This document shows, one piece after another, positions 21,213-32,467 of a stretch of 64,000 bases of DNA (the stretch's first letter is position 1; each line of letters opens with the position of its first letter). Origin of the DNA: an uncultured Phycisphaerales bacterium (lineage in GTDB: Bacteria > Planctomycetota > Phycisphaerae > Tepidisphaerales > Tepidisphaeraceae); the NCBI GenBank assembly GCA_963758525.1, contig CAVWVQ010000003.1, forward strand, positions 4,096,001 through 4,160,000. The letters are read 5' to 3'. The notes below the pieces were generated by a model. That model was not told the origin of the DNA. It saw only the letters and a program-made list of their open reading frames with translations, and made no database searches. Position numbers and translations under genes: made by a program.

Positions 21213-23019
21213 TCAGTTATTTGGTGGCGGAGGATTAGGAAGATTTGGGGAGACCGGGACTGGCTGTAGTTCGGTGCTGCCGAGGACCGCCTGTGACACG
21301 AAATTACGAATGATGCTGTTGTCGGAGTCGGTTACGCGCTTGCCGCTGACCTTTTCCTTCAATTCGATGGCTTCCAGAAAGGTGGGATTCAGGTTGGTCG
21401 CCACGTTCAAGTGCCAGAGCACCAGACTTGTATCAGGCCTGGGTTTGCCCATTTCGCTGACGGCATTCTCATAGGCCAGTTCGGCAAGGCGTTCGCGCCC
21501 GAAGAACATCATTCCCTTGCGGACGCCGACCCGTAGGTCCTCCACGCGTTTGAGGTCTGCTTCGGACAGGCGGCTGTAGGCTGAGTCATCCTTAAGAATG
21601 TGGGGAGTGAGGAGGATGATAATTTCCTGCCGGACGGTCTGATCCTGCTGCTGTCGAAACAAGGCGCCGAGATATGGGATGTTTCCCAAAGCGGGCACCT
21701 GGCCGCGGCTGGTGGTTGCCGAATCGCGGAACAGTCCGCCGATAACAATAGTTCGGCCGTCCTTGACCATCAGATTGGTTGTTACTTCTGTTGTCGTCTT
21801 AAAAGGAAGGTTGGAGCTGGTGAGACCGCCGCTCGAGTCCTCAGGATGAATCTCCATGCGGACGTAACCGTCATCCCCGATGTAGGGGCGAAAGACGAGG
21901 GTGGTCCCGGAATCGAGAAACTGAACGGTCTGGGTGGAAGTGGTGGCGCTGACGGTGGTGGTCTGATAGCCGTCGCTTCGCCCGACGTGCACATACCCGC
22001 GCTGTTTATCCAGCGACAGGACCTTTGGGTTGGCCAGGACGGTTGTGTTGGTAACCGACTCAAGCGCCTGCACAAACACGCTAATGTTGTTTGACAATAC
22101 TCCGACACGCAGGCCACCCGGCGGAAGGTTGTTGGTGAAGCTTGTCTGCCCGACGCCATAATTGGCCAGTCCTTTGCCGCCGGTATCCTGGAGGGTTCCC
22201 GCGGCGGCACTCGCGATTGCCTGGACAGGGGAGCTGAGGAGTTGATCGAATTTCACGCCGCTCATGACACTGAAATCCACGCCCAGAGCGTTGCTGTCGT
22301 TGAGAGTGGCGGCGAGAATTGTCGCTTCGACAAGAACCTGCTGGGGGCGACGATCAACTTCCTTAAGGATAGTCCTGACCTTCTCGAGGTTTTCCGTGTA
22401 GTCAGTGACGACGAGCATATCTTCGGACGAATGCGAATTACCGCCGGCTTCCACTGCCGTGGTTTCGATTCCGGACTGCGCGGCGCTAGTCATCGCCAAC
22501 TGAGATTCGGAACTCAGCGCCGGCTTGATCATGGTGGCGGCGTTGGCAGCGGGTGTGTAATAAAGATGAAATACTTCCGTCGCCATGTGCCTGGCAGCTT
22601 TGTCCAGGTCCGCGAGTTCTTTGGGCGTGTAGACGTAGATGAAGCTTCCCTTTTCGCGATAGACAAACCCGTTGGATTGCAAAATCGCGTTCGAGCGCTT
22701 CGGGAAAGGTCACGTTGTACAGATTTGCCGTAACGGTGCCTTCAACATCCTTGCTGGCGATGATGTTCTTACGCGTCTGCAGGGAGAGCATCCGAAGGAC
22801 TTCCGGGAGGCTCGCATTATTGACGTGGATTTCAACCGTGCCGGCGTCGCTGACCGCCACCTGCGTCCGCGTCACGCTTGCCGCCGCCGGTTGAGAGGTG
22901 GCCACAGCGTCAACGGAATGATCGTAAGATCCCGCAGCATCCGCCAGGTTCGCCTGACCGGAATAAACGGCCAGCGAAGCTATAAAAAGAGGTGCGGTAA
23001 CATGGAACCGCTTTTTCAT
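21213..23019 (-). CDS. Secretin (GspD/PilQ family), frameshift near 22690
   Basis: Signal peptide and N-domain in ORF 22486-23019; QVLVEATIL, LANPKVLSLD, DGRTIVIGGL, VPALGNIPYLGALFR, EIIILLTPHI in ORF 21213-22682. Confidence 0.9.
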
Positions 23020-23259
23020 ATGAACACAGAACGGTTAATTGCTGGCTTATAGCGAGTCGCGGAGAACCAGGGATCCACTCAAACGGACAGATGATCTAGC
23101 TGCTCTTTTCGACACGAACAGCCCAGGACTTGAGGGTTCCCCGGCAACCGGCAGCGTGGAATTTTTGGACGCATTAGGGGAGCGGTGACGTGTGGCGATC
23201 TGGGCACATGACCTGTGATGAGCCCGGCCGGGAGGAAGTTTCAGGACTTCGTCCATTGG

Positions 23260-23544
23260 TTATCGGTGCGACGGCGCATCATCGGGCTTTGCGAGCCGGA
23301 CTCGAAGGTCTCCGCCTGACAGGACGCTTATCAGCTTGTCCAGCTTTTCATTGGTCGCTTTTAACTGCTCGACCATTTGTTCCCGCTGAGCACCCGCGTC
23401 GGGAATGCCATCCGCCATGGCTGGTGTTGCCGACGGGCAGGCACCCCATAATGTGAGGAGAGTGGCGGCCTGCAACCCGAGAAGAATCGCCAACCACTTC
23501 TTCGATATTGATTGTGACATGTACATGATCACCTGTTCGTTCAT
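23260..23544 (-). CDS. Small exported hypothetical protein
   Basis: Hydrophobic N-terminus followed by a short coiled coil (QLKATNEKLDKLISVL). Confidence 0.6.
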   Translation of the reverse strand: MNEQVIMYMSQSISKKWLAILLGLQAATLLTLWGACPSATPAMADGIPDAGAQREQMVEQLKATNEKLDKLISVLSGGDLRVRLAKPDDAPSHR

Positions 23545-23798
23545 GCGTTATTGGATAATGCTCAAATCCTCTTCGGCAGCCGGAAGGCGTGGACTCAAGT
23601 TTGAGGATGTGCACGCTCGCGTTTTGGGCACGATAATCTGGCGCGAGCCAGCTCAAGCGTATTGGGAAAACGGAAGACACGTTGTTATCGGCGGTTATTT
23701 CCGCATAAGCGAAGATGGCGGGGCATTTCCTTTAAGGCCTGCGATGAGCATCCGATACAAAGCTAGTGATATGAGCTTTATGGGGGTTGCAGGAGTAG

Positions 23799-25634
23799 GT
23801 GACCTTGATTGCCGAACTTGTTCCTTTTCACTGGCGCTTTCGACTCCTCGAACGAGGTGAGCGCGGAGTGGCATTTCTGGGAATCGCCCTTGCGCTGATT
23901 CTTGTGGTCTGCTTCACGGCGAATGCGTGGCTGACGGATCGAGCCAATAAGGAATCAGCCGCGAACCAAAGACTTGCCACGATGACTGCGATTGGACCTG
24001 TGCTAAGCGAACGCTCGCAGCGACTGCTTGCCGCCGGTGATCTGGCTGGACTTCGGCAGCTGACGGCCACCGTGGGGCGGGCGCTCAGGCTCAATGCCTG
24101 CACGGTTTCGATCGGATCCGGCCGCGTTCTTGCTGACATATCGCCTGCCGGAGTCAACGTATTCGAGCTTCCTGATCACTGGACCGTCGATGCGTCGGAA
24201 GAGGCTCCGGTGAACGCGAACAGCGGCACGCGGCTTCGATTCCCATTTGCCGTGCCCGGCAAAGGCGCCGGCTTTCTGGACCTGGAGGCCTCAACCGCGG
24301 CGGCAAAGGACGACTCCAATTTCGGCCCGTCGGCGTTGGTATGCGCATTCGGCCTGTGCCTGCTCGTCTTCGTCTACCGGCGCAGTCGACGGGGATTGGC
24401 GGAAATGGAGATCATCAGCAGCTCGCTCTCAGCCATCGACCGCGGGGAGACTTCCAGCACTGCGTTGAAAGTTGATGCAACGCTGGGTCCGATCGCGGCG
24501 GCGTGGAACAAGCTGTTGAGCGAGGTGGATGAGCTGCGTCAGCGCGGCACTGCCAACCAGGCGGTTGTCGCCATCGGGAACCGGCGCGCAGGCGGAAATA
24601 ATCTTGAGGCGGCATGCGACGCGATGTCACAGGGGCTTCTGCTTGTCGACGACAAGATGCGGGTTCGTTTTTCGAACGGCGCCGCATGCACTTTTCTGAA
24701 GCTCGATCGAACTTCGCTGGCGGGCATCGCTGCCGCGAATCTGGTTCAGGATCCGAAATATCGCGACGCGATCGTTGCGATCGCGGGTGGCAAGCTGCGT
24801 CGCCCCGTGACACTGGAGCTTGAGCAATCCAGTGACTCGGGGAACGGGGTGTTGCGGTTTTGCATTCGCCCTGTGCGGCGCGGGGACGCGGACTCGGCGA
24901 TGATTATCATCGAAGACATCACCCAGCAGCGCACCGCCGAGAAAGCGCGGAACACCTTTATTACCCAGGTGACTCACGAGCTGCGGACACCGCTGACGAA
25001 CATCCGACTTTATACTGAAACAGCCATTGAGGAAGGGGAGAAGAACCCGCAAGTGCGTGCCAATTGCCTGAACGTAATTAATCAGGAATCCCGCCGGCTC
25101 GAACGAATCGTCAGTGAGATGTTGTCGGTTGCGGAGATCGAAGCGGGATCGAGCACGGTGCACCGGGACGAGGTGTACTTCGATGTGCTGGTGAAGGAGC
25201 TTGAGACTGATTACCGCGCTCAGGCTGAAGAGAAGCACATTTCCCTGGAGTTCAGCATCTCGCCAAAAATTCCCAAACTTCTGGCTGATAAAGACAAGCT
25301 GGCGATCGCATTGCACAACCTTATTGGCAACGCGCTCAAGTACACGCCCGACGGGGGCAAAGTCACGGTGAGCGTCGATGTTCGCGACGGCCAGCTTGCG
25401 ATCGACGTCGCGGACACGGGAATCGGAATCAAACCGGAGGAGACCGAGAAGATCTTCGATCGGTTCTTCCGGTCGACCGATTCGCGGGTGGGCAAGATCG
25501 TGGGCACGGGGCTGGGGCTGACCCTGGCTCGTGAAGTCATGAGATTGCACGGCGGGGATGTGACCGTGGAATCGATCATCAACCGCGGCAGCACTTTTAC
25601 CGCCACCATTCCTCTGGCCAACGCGGCAGCATGA
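23799..25634 (+). CDS. Membrane PAS-domain sensor histidine kinase
   Basis: Two TM segments, PAS-like region, H-box THELRTPL, N-box NLIGNALKY, DTGIG, GTGLGL; AGGAG RBS. Confidence 0.93.
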   Translation: MTLIAELVPFHWRFRLLERGERGVAFLGIALALILVVCFTANAWLTDRANKESAANQRLATMTAIGPVLSERSQRLLAAGDLAGLRQLTATVGRALRLNACTVSIGSGRVLADISPAGVNVFELPDHWTVDASEEAPVNANSGTRLRFPFAVPGKGAGFLDLEASTAAAKDDSNFGPSALVCAFGLCLLVFVYRRSRRGLAEMEIISSSLSAIDRGETSSTALKVDATLGPIAAAWNKLLSEVDELRQRGTANQAVVAIGNRRAGGNNLEAACDAMSQGLLLVDDKMRVRFSNGAACTFLKLDRTSLAGIAAANLVQDPKYRDAIVAIAGGKLRRPVTLELEQSSDSGNGVLRFCIRPVRRGDADSAMIIIEDITQQRTAEKARNTFITQVTHELRTPLTNIRLYTETAIEEGEKNPQVRANCLNVINQESRRLERIVSEMLSVAEIEAGSSTVHRDEVYFDVLVKELETDYRAQAEEKHISLEFSISPKIPKLLADKDKLAIALHNLIGNALKYTPDGGKVTVSVDVRDGQLAIDVADTGIGIKPEETEKIFDRFFRSTDSRVGKIVGTGLGLTLAREVMRLHGGDVTVESIINRGSTFTATIPLANAAA

Positions 25635-25640
25635 GGTCCT

Positions 25641-25976
25641 ATGAAACTGCTCCAGCAGCGGCACGGCGCCGTTACCATGCTCAAGCCCGAAGGGCCGCTG
25701 ATCGAAGCGGCAGCGAGCGAATTCGATAAAGCTGCGCGCGGTCTGGTGACTGCGACACTCGGCCGGTTTGTGGTGGACATGTCAGCGGTCCCATTCGTCG
25801 ACAGCGTGGGCCTGGAGACTCTGCTGGGACTCACGGAATTGTTGGAAGAAAGCGGTAAGGTGCTCAAGCTCTGCGCGGTCAACAAGACCGTCCGCCAGGT
25901 CTTCGAACTTACGGAAATTGACTCGTTATTCGATCATTTTGAGGACGTTAATACAGCGGTGAGAAGCTTCCTGTGA
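25641..25976 (+). CDS. STAS-domain (anti-sigma factor antagonist) protein
   Basis: VVDMSAVPFVDSVGLETL...VRQVFELT. Confidence 0.9.
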   Translation: MKLLQQRHGAVTMLKPEGPLIEAAASEFDKAARGLVTATLGRFVVDMSAVPFVDSVGLETLLGLTELLEESGKVLKLCAVNKTVRQVFELTEIDSLFDHFEDVNTAVRSFL

Positions 25977-27748
25977 CATTACCAGCTAAAAAGCTGAAGA
26001 TAGGCGATGCGCTGTTGAGCCAGGGGGCGATCTCCAGCGAACAGCTCCACCGCGCGCTGGCTGAACAGCGCGCCACCGGACGAATGCTGGGCCAGGTTCT
26101 GGTCGAGCAGGGAGTCATCACCGGCGCAACGCTCGTGCAGGTGCTGGCTCAGACTCTCAATGTGCAGGGCGTGCATCTCCGGCACGGACTGATTGATCCG
26201 GCAGTCATGAAATTGATTGGCGAGGAGGAGGCAGAACGACTGCTCGCCATTCCGATGTTCAAAGTTCGGGACACGATTACCGTCGCGATGGCCGAGCCGC
26301 AGTCGCTGCCGGCCATCGACCGATTACGCCAGTTGACCGGATGCAAAGTCCGGCCGATTCTGGCCCTGGAAAGCAATATTCGCGAGTTCGTCAGCAAATA
26401 CGCTGGCGGCGAGGTCAACGTCGACGCGTTTCTCTCATCCCTGAGCGAATCGGACGTTGAGGTCGTGGAGCGCGAAGCGACCGACGAAGGCCCGGTCACT
26501 GATCTGGACCGGATGGTTGCGGGCAGCCCGATCATCAATCTCGTGAACGTCGCATTCATGACCGCGATCCGTGATCACGCCAGCGACATCCACATCGAGC
26601 CGGACAAAAAGGGGACTCGCATCCGGTACCGGATAGACGGCGTGCTCCGTGACTTGATGAAGCCGCCGGGAGGAATGCACGGCTCAGTGGTTTCGCGGGT
26701 GAAAGTGATTTCGAAAATGGACATCGCCGAGAAGCGATTGCCCCAGGAAGGCCGCGTCCGCCTGATCGCCGAGGGGCGGGAGATCGATTTGCGCGTATCG
26801 AGCATGCCGACATTGCTGGGCGAGAAGCTGGTAATCCGCATTTTGGACAAGGCCAATCTCCGCGTGAAAATGGAGGAACTCGGTTTTCGGGCGGAGGCGT
26901 TGGGGGTTTTCAAGCGAATTCTTCGTCAGCCGCATGGCTTGGTGCTGGTGACAGGCCCGACCGGGAGCGGCAAGACCACCACGCTCTACTCGGCGCTGGA
27001 TCTTCTGCGGAGCCCTGAACTCAACATTGTCACGATCGAAGATCCCGTCGAATATCAACTCGATCTAATCAATCAAATTCATGTTCACGACGCCATAGGG
27101 TTGTCCTTCGCGCGGGCACTGAGAAGCATCCTGCGCCAGGACCCCGATGTAATCATGGTCGGCGAGATTCGGGACGAGGAGACGGCCAGGGTTGCAGTCC
27201 AGGCGGCGCTCACCGGCCACCTGGTGCTGGCCACATTGCATACCAACGATGCGCCCGGAGCGGTGGCGCGTCTGCTGGACATGAATGTTGAGCCGTATCT
27301 GTTATCCAGCGCGATCAATGGGGTGGTCGCTCAAAGGCTGGCTCGAACGATCTGCCCGGCGTGTGCGACGAAATACTATCCCGAAAGCGAAACTCTTCGC
27401 GATGCGGGCCTGGAGGCCAAGACCGGCCACGTGTTTCGCAAAGGGAGCGGATGCGCCAAGTGCCACGACAGCGGATTCCAGGGGCGAATGGGTGTTTATG
27501 AAGTGATGGAAGTAACTCCGGCCATGCGGCGAGTCATTCACCGCGGAGGCGGTTCGCATGAATTGCGCGAGCAGATGAAAATTCACGGCGGTTTGACGCT
27601 TCGCGAAGAGGGGGTGCTGCTCGCCATGGCGGGGAAGAGCAGCCTTGAGGAAGTAATCGGAATCACCCACACTGAAGACGAAACGATGGCAACTCCGGCG
27701 GCGTCAGACGCTCGTGGCGGAACTGCAAAAGAAGGGGTGGCCGCATGA
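25973..27748 (+). CDS. GspE/PilB assembly ATPase with an N-terminal MshEN-like domain
   Basis: ASDIHIEP, RLPQEGR, GPTGSGKTTTLY, TIEDPVEY, LRQDPDVIMVGEIRD, TGHLVLATLHTN, tetracysteine motif. Confidence 0.95.
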   Translation: MTLPAKKLKIGDALLSQGAISSEQLHRALAEQRATGRMLGQVLVEQGVITGATLVQVLAQTLNVQGVHLRHGLIDPAVMKLIGEEEAERLLAIPMFKVRDTITVAMAEPQSLPAIDRLRQLTGCKVRPILALESNIREFVSKYAGGEVNVDAFLSSLSESDVEVVEREATDEGPVTDLDRMVAGSPIINLVNVAFMTAIRDHASDIHIEPDKKGTRIRYRIDGVLRDLMKPPGGMHGSVVSRVKVISKMDIAEKRLPQEGRVRLIAEGREIDLRVSSMPTLLGEKLVIRILDKANLRVKMEELGFRAEALGVFKRILRQPHGLVLVTGPTGSGKTTTLYSALDLLRSPELNIVTIEDPVEYQLDLINQIHVHDAIGLSFARALRSILRQDPDVIMVGEIRDEETARVAVQAALTGHLVLATLHTNDAPGAVARLLDMNVEPYLLSSAINGVVAQRLARTICPACATKYYPESETLRDAGLEAKTGHVFRKGSGCAKCHDSGFQGRMGVYEVMEVTPAMRRVIHRGGGSHELREQMKIHGGLTLREEGVLLAMAGKSSLEEVIGITHTEDETMATPAASDARGGTAKEGVAA

Positions 27749-28966
27749 ACCTGACCTATACGGGATTCAATCGGTCAGGCGCTGCTGTCGCAGACACCAT
27801 TGAAGCGCGCGACATCGTCGAGGCTTCCGAAAAGCTGCGCCGGCAGGGGGTGTATACCACTGAGATCCGGGATGCGGGTGCTAAACAGCCCCCCACCAAG
27901 CGCCATGCTACCTCCGCATTTGGCCACGGCGCGCGGCTGAAGCATGTTGCGATGTTCCTGCGGCAGTTGCACGTTCTGGTGGCGACCGGAACGCCGCTGA
28001 CCGAATCGCTGGTGGCGCTGGAGCGACAGTCGACGGATCCGAAATGGAAGCGCATCCTCTCGGATGTGCGCGAAAAAGTGGAACAGGGCGCGTCTCTGTC
28101 TGCCGCGATGGAAGCCCATCCGGCGCACTTCAATGGAATATGCCGCGGGTTGGTCGCAGCGGGAGAGAGCGGCGGAAATCTTGACGCGATGCTCGAACGA
28201 CTGGCGGTTCTGAGCCGAAAGCAGGTGCACGTTCGCAGCGCCATTATCGGCGCGATGATCTATCCCTGCCTGCTGTCGGTTGTCGCAGTGGCAGTCCTCA
28301 TCACGCTGCTGATTTTTGTTCTGCCGCAGTTCAGCGCGCTGTTTCGAACGCTCGACACGCCGTTGCCGCCCACCACCAAATTCCTGATGATGCTCAGCGA
28401 TCTTTTGCGCCTATTGGTGGGCGTTGCCGATCATCATCGCGGCGGGGGCTTTTGGGGCCTGGACCATGGTGCGAACTCCAGCGGGGCGGCGCGCCCTGGA
28501 CCGAATGGCGATCTCGCTGCCCCAATTCGGCGCCATCGTCCGCAGCTTCGCCACCGCGCGGATCGCTCGATTGCTCGGAATCCTTCTGCAGGGGCGTGTT
28601 CCCCTTCTGGATGCGCTCGCTCTCACGCGCGATTCGGCGACCAACTACTACTACAGGCAATTGTTGAGCAATGCCGGTGATGCAATCACGCGCGGCGACA
28701 CGCTTGCAGGCGCATTGAGCGATCCACGGTTGATACCGCCATCAGTCTGTGAAGCAGTGCGCAGTGGCGACAAAAGCGGCCAACTCGGAATGCTTCTCAG
28801 CACACTTGCAGATTTTCTGGATGAAGAAAACGAAGTGACGCTTCGCTCTCTCACCAGCATCATCGAGCCCATCATCCTCATCGTTCTGGGGGTTCTCGTG
28901 GGGTTTATTGCATTGAGCATGTTTATGCCGCTCTTTGATCTCACCGCGGCAACGAGGGGTGGGTAA
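27745..28966 (+). CDS. GspF/PilC inner-membrane platform protein (frameshift near 28410)
   Basis: AGESGGNLDAML, AMIYP, and EPIILIVLGVLVGFIALSMFMPLF in the second frame. Confidence 0.9.
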
Positions 28967-30005
28967 TGCGCCGACTACCATTCAAGACCTTGTCGCCCGT
29001 GGGCATCGATCTGGGCTCCCATTCCTTCAAAGCTGTTCAACTCATAAAGACCGCTCTGGGGTGGGACGTGAGTTCTTTGGTCGCATTACCGCGCGTTGTT
29101 CCCGGTGCGCCCTTGCGGCGTCGGAAGTCCGCCGTTTCAGGGACGTACTGGAGCGCAGGCGATTTGCCGGAAGAGATGTGGTTGTTGCAGTTCCCGCGGC
29201 GAGTCTGCTCACGACGATATTGGAATTGCCCGCCCGCGCACCAGGCCTTCCCCTGGAGCAGATAGCGACTGCTGAATTCGCCCGCGTCCATAAAAAGGAG
29301 GCGGCGCTGCTGACAATGTCCGCCTGGGAACTTCCCGCTCCGGCCCGCGCCAGCAAGGCAACGTATATGCTCGCGGTTGGCGCGCCATCAGACCAGTTGG
29401 AATCCCACATCGATCTGATCGAGTCAGCGGAGTTGAATGTAGTAGCCATTGAAGACCCTTCCTCGGCCGCGGCGCACGGTTGCCAGCATCGGGCCGGGCC
29501 GGCCACCGGAATGACGGCGGTAATCGATCTTGGTTGGGAGGCGGCGGCCCTGACGGTAATCAGGGAGAATACCGTTATCTATACCCGCAAGTTGGGGGAG
29601 GGCGGGCTGGCACGCCTGCATCAGGCGGCACTGGAGGCTGCATCGGGCGAGTTGGAGATTGTGGAGCATGAAATATGGCGCGTTGGATTTGCCGCGTCTG
29701 GCCAGCCTGATCTGCACAATACCGAATTGCTGGACGTTCTCGAATCGCACGTGGCGGCAATGCTGCGGGAGATTGTTCGGGCATTCGGTTACACCGCGCA
29801 TCAATATCCTGAAGCCGCGGTGTCGAAGGCCGTATTGATCGGTGGGGGAGCGGTCATACCGGGCATCGCGGAACGATTTCAGTCCGAGTCTGGAGTAACG
29901 ACCTCTGCGGGACTGGACGGGCATAACGCGGGCGCCGACCAGGCCATTGCGGCGCCGATGATCTCAGCATTAGGGCTGGCGCTCTGGCGGAAGGAGGCGC
30001 GGTGA
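28966..30005 (+). CDS. pilM: PilM-like actin-fold protein (frameshift near 29110)
   Basis: VGIDLGSHSFKAVQL, AVIDLGW, VLIGGGA.IPGI. Confidence 0.8.
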
Positions 30006-30598
30006 ATCATCAAAACCTAATGCCTCGCAAAAGGCTTGACGCGAAGCGCACACAGTACGCGATACGGCGCTGGGTATTAATCGACGGCGGTTATTGTGTC
30101 GTGCTCATTCTCGTGGCCGCGATTTACGCCCATTCGGCTTTGAGCCGGGCGGAGCGCGAGGGACGCAGCCCTGCCGTCGGGAGCATGGAGAAATACAATG
30201 CCACGCTGGGGATGCTTCGGCAGGAATCAACGGTCCAAAGGACAAATCTGCAGTCGGTTCTGCAACTCTCGCAACGTCCCGACTGGAGCATTCTGCTTGC
30301 AGCGGTTTCGCACGCCCTGGGGGACAATGTGGTTCTGAACGCGGTGGATTGCACGGAGGATCAGGCAGCCGCCCCCGCAGGTACGACGATCCGCGACAGC
30401 GTTCCGCTGCGTTTCCGAATAAGCGGAATCGGCCGCACCCAACAGGCGGTAATGCAGTTTGTTCTTCAGCTCCAAGACTTCAATTTCTTTTCGCGCGTGG
30501 AGTTGGTCCAGACAGCACCGCAAGCATTGCGGGGCTCTGATTGCGTCGGATTTCAGTTGGTCTGTGATCTTCAAGACATCCGCGGGAGTGGTGAATAA
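30002..30598 (+). CDS. PilN-like protein
   Basis: NLMP motif, one TM segment, RISGIG...VMQFVLQL; follows pilM. Confidence 0.75.
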   Translation: MNHQNLMPRKRLDAKRTQYAIRRWVLIDGGYCVVLILVAAIYAHSALSRAEREGRSPAVGSMEKYNATLGMLRQESTVQRTNLQSVLQLSQRPDWSILLAAVSHALGDNVVLNAVDCTEDQAAAPAGTTIRDSVPLRFRISGIGRTQQAVMQFVLQLQDFNFFSRVELVQTAPQALRGSDCVGFQLVCDLQDIRGSGE

Positions 30599-31200
30599 TG
30601 CGATTTAGCCGCTTCATTGGCGCAGCAAAGGTTGGCGCGATTGATGCCGCGGGAGTCGCCGTCGCGGCGGTGGGGACACTCGCTCTTGTTTTTGGAGCCA
30701 TCCTTCCCTTAAACGCTCGTAATCGTCAGCTCGCGGCACATTTTCAGACCGCCGCGCGCGAGCGACAACGTGTGGCTGGCATTGTGACGGAGATACGGAC
30801 GCTGACAAACGACGTCGCGAAGATGCGGACGCGGGTCGCCCAGTCGCCCCTGCGCATGCTGACGCAGCAGGCGCTGAATCAGCGACTGGCCGACCTGGCG
30901 GCGCTGTCCAGCACCTGTGATCTGCGGGTGGAAGACTTAAAGCCCGGCGAGCGCCACCAGATGACTCACCTCATGGTGGTTCCCATTCGCATGACTGGAC
31001 ACGGAACCTATCGGAACTGCGCCGCTTTTATCCATCTGCTGCACGAGCGGCAGGCCGATATCGACGTCCATGCCTTTAAGCTCTCGGGGAATCCCGATGA
31101 TCCGGGATCCCTCGGCAATTTCGATTTCGAACTCCGCTGGCTCGCAGCGCCCCAGGAGATATCCAACGCTTCCCCGATGACGACGGCTTCCCTGCCATAG
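30598..31200 (+). CDS. PilO/GspM-like protein
   Basis: TM segment, coiled coil, PIRMTGHGTY...FIHLL; follows pilN. Confidence 0.72.
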   Translation: MRFSRFIGAAKVGAIDAAGVAVAAVGTLALVFGAILPLNARNRQLAAHFQTAARERQRVAGIVTEIRTLTNDVAKMRTRVAQSPLRMLTQQALNQRLADLAALSSTCDLRVEDLKPGERHQMTHLMVVPIRMTGHGTYRNCAAFIHLLHERQADIDVHAFKLSGNPDDPGSLGNFDFELRWLAAPQEISNASPMTTASLP

Positions 31201-31239
31201 TCAGGGTCGGTTTCAGCCGACGATAAATCACACGCACCG

Positions 31240-31798
31240 ATGAAGCTGACCAAATCACAAAAGATCTATTTATCGCTCCTGGGCGTCGGGATCTGCGCTT
31301 GCGTGGGATCGCAATTTCGGCACTCCCGCCCGGATGGGGCCCGCGTCGGCAATGGGTACTTCCATGCCAGCAAATGACGCGGACAGCCTTGGGAAAGAGG
31401 CCCGCGCTGCGCAGCCGATCGTTGGGGTGACCGAAAGCAGCGTCGCGACACGCTTATTGGCCTTGCAGCGGGCAGGCGGGGCTTCGATCGAGGTTCGCGA
31501 TGCTTTCTCTCCGTCGACCGCGTGGATGGCGGGAGCAGAAAATTACCATGGCGGCGCGCCCGGCCGCCGCGCGCTCAACTTCCAATCCGGCCACCGCCTT
31601 AAGGCGATTGTGGAATCACGAAACGGCGGGCAGGCATGGGTCGATAATGACCTGGTCAGCGTGGGCCAGTCGATTGATGGGTTTGCGCTGATCTCGGTCG
31701 GTCGAATGGGAGCCGAATTTGCCGACGGGGATGCACGCGTGGAACTTCGATTGGAACCCGCCGAAACTGAAATACAGCAGCCTCTGCAGTCTCATTAA
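31240..31798 (+). CDS. PilP/GspC-like accessory protein (frameshift near 31335)
   Basis: Signal-like MKLTKSQKIYLSLLGVG; RDAF; LKAIV...AWVDNDLVSVGQSIDGFAL. Confidence 0.55.
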
Positions 31799-31902
31799 AC
31801 ATATCAAACCCACCCAAAGGTATTAAGCCTCCCGTTCGATTGGCCGATCTTGCTGATACGAAGGTCGTCATAAGGCAAACGGTATCTTCAGAGGAGTCTC
31901 AA

Positions 31903-32385
31903 ATGAAGCGGAAGCTAAAAGTACGAGGCGGGTTCAGCCTGATCGAATTGGTGATCGTGGTGGTCATCATCGGGATTATCGCCGCGATCGCGATTCCGAA
32001 GATGAGTCGTGGTGCGGCAGGTGCCAACGATTCGGCGGTGATGCAGGATCTCTCGCAGATGCGCAGCGGCATCGACCTGTTCGCCAGTGAACATGGCGGG
32101 ACCTATCCCAGCACGACGCCTGCGACCTTCATCAACCAACTGACCACGTATACGGACATCACCGGCGCGGCAGTCGCCACCAAGGACGCAACCCACATTT
32201 ACGGTCCCTACATCAAGTCGATCCCGGCATTGCCTGTCGGGACCAACAAGGGTCTGAAGACGATCACAGCCACCGGCCCGGCTGGCACCGGTGCGTTTGG
32301 CTGGTTTTACGACGGTCTAACCGTATGGGTGAATGATCCGGCGACGGATGTCGACGCCACGGGAACCGCCTACAACACCTACTAA
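31903..32385 (+). CDS. Probable major pilin/pseudopilin
   Basis: GAGGAG RBS; MKRKLKVRGG/FSLIELVIVVVIIGIIAAIAIP class III signal peptide; followed by a terminator. Confidence 0.92.
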   Translation: MKRKLKVRGGFSLIELVIVVVIIGIIAAIAIPKMSRGAAGANDSAVMQDLSQMRSGIDLFASEHGGTYPSTTPATFINQLTTYTDITGAAVATKDATHIYGPYIKSIPALPVGTNKGLKTITATGPAGTGAFGWFYDGLTVWVNDPATDVDATGTAYNTY

Positions 32386-32402
32386 ACTCAAATGCGCTGT
32401 TC

Positions 32403-32442
32403 CGATTGCCCGGCCACACGTGAGCCGGGCAATCGCTTTTTA
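32403..32442 (+). terminator. Intrinsic terminator after the major pilin
   Basis: cgattgcccggc / gccgggcaatcg 12-bp stem followed by cttttt. Confidence 0.75.
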
Positions 32443-32467
32443 ATTGCGGCATTGTCGGGGCAGGACG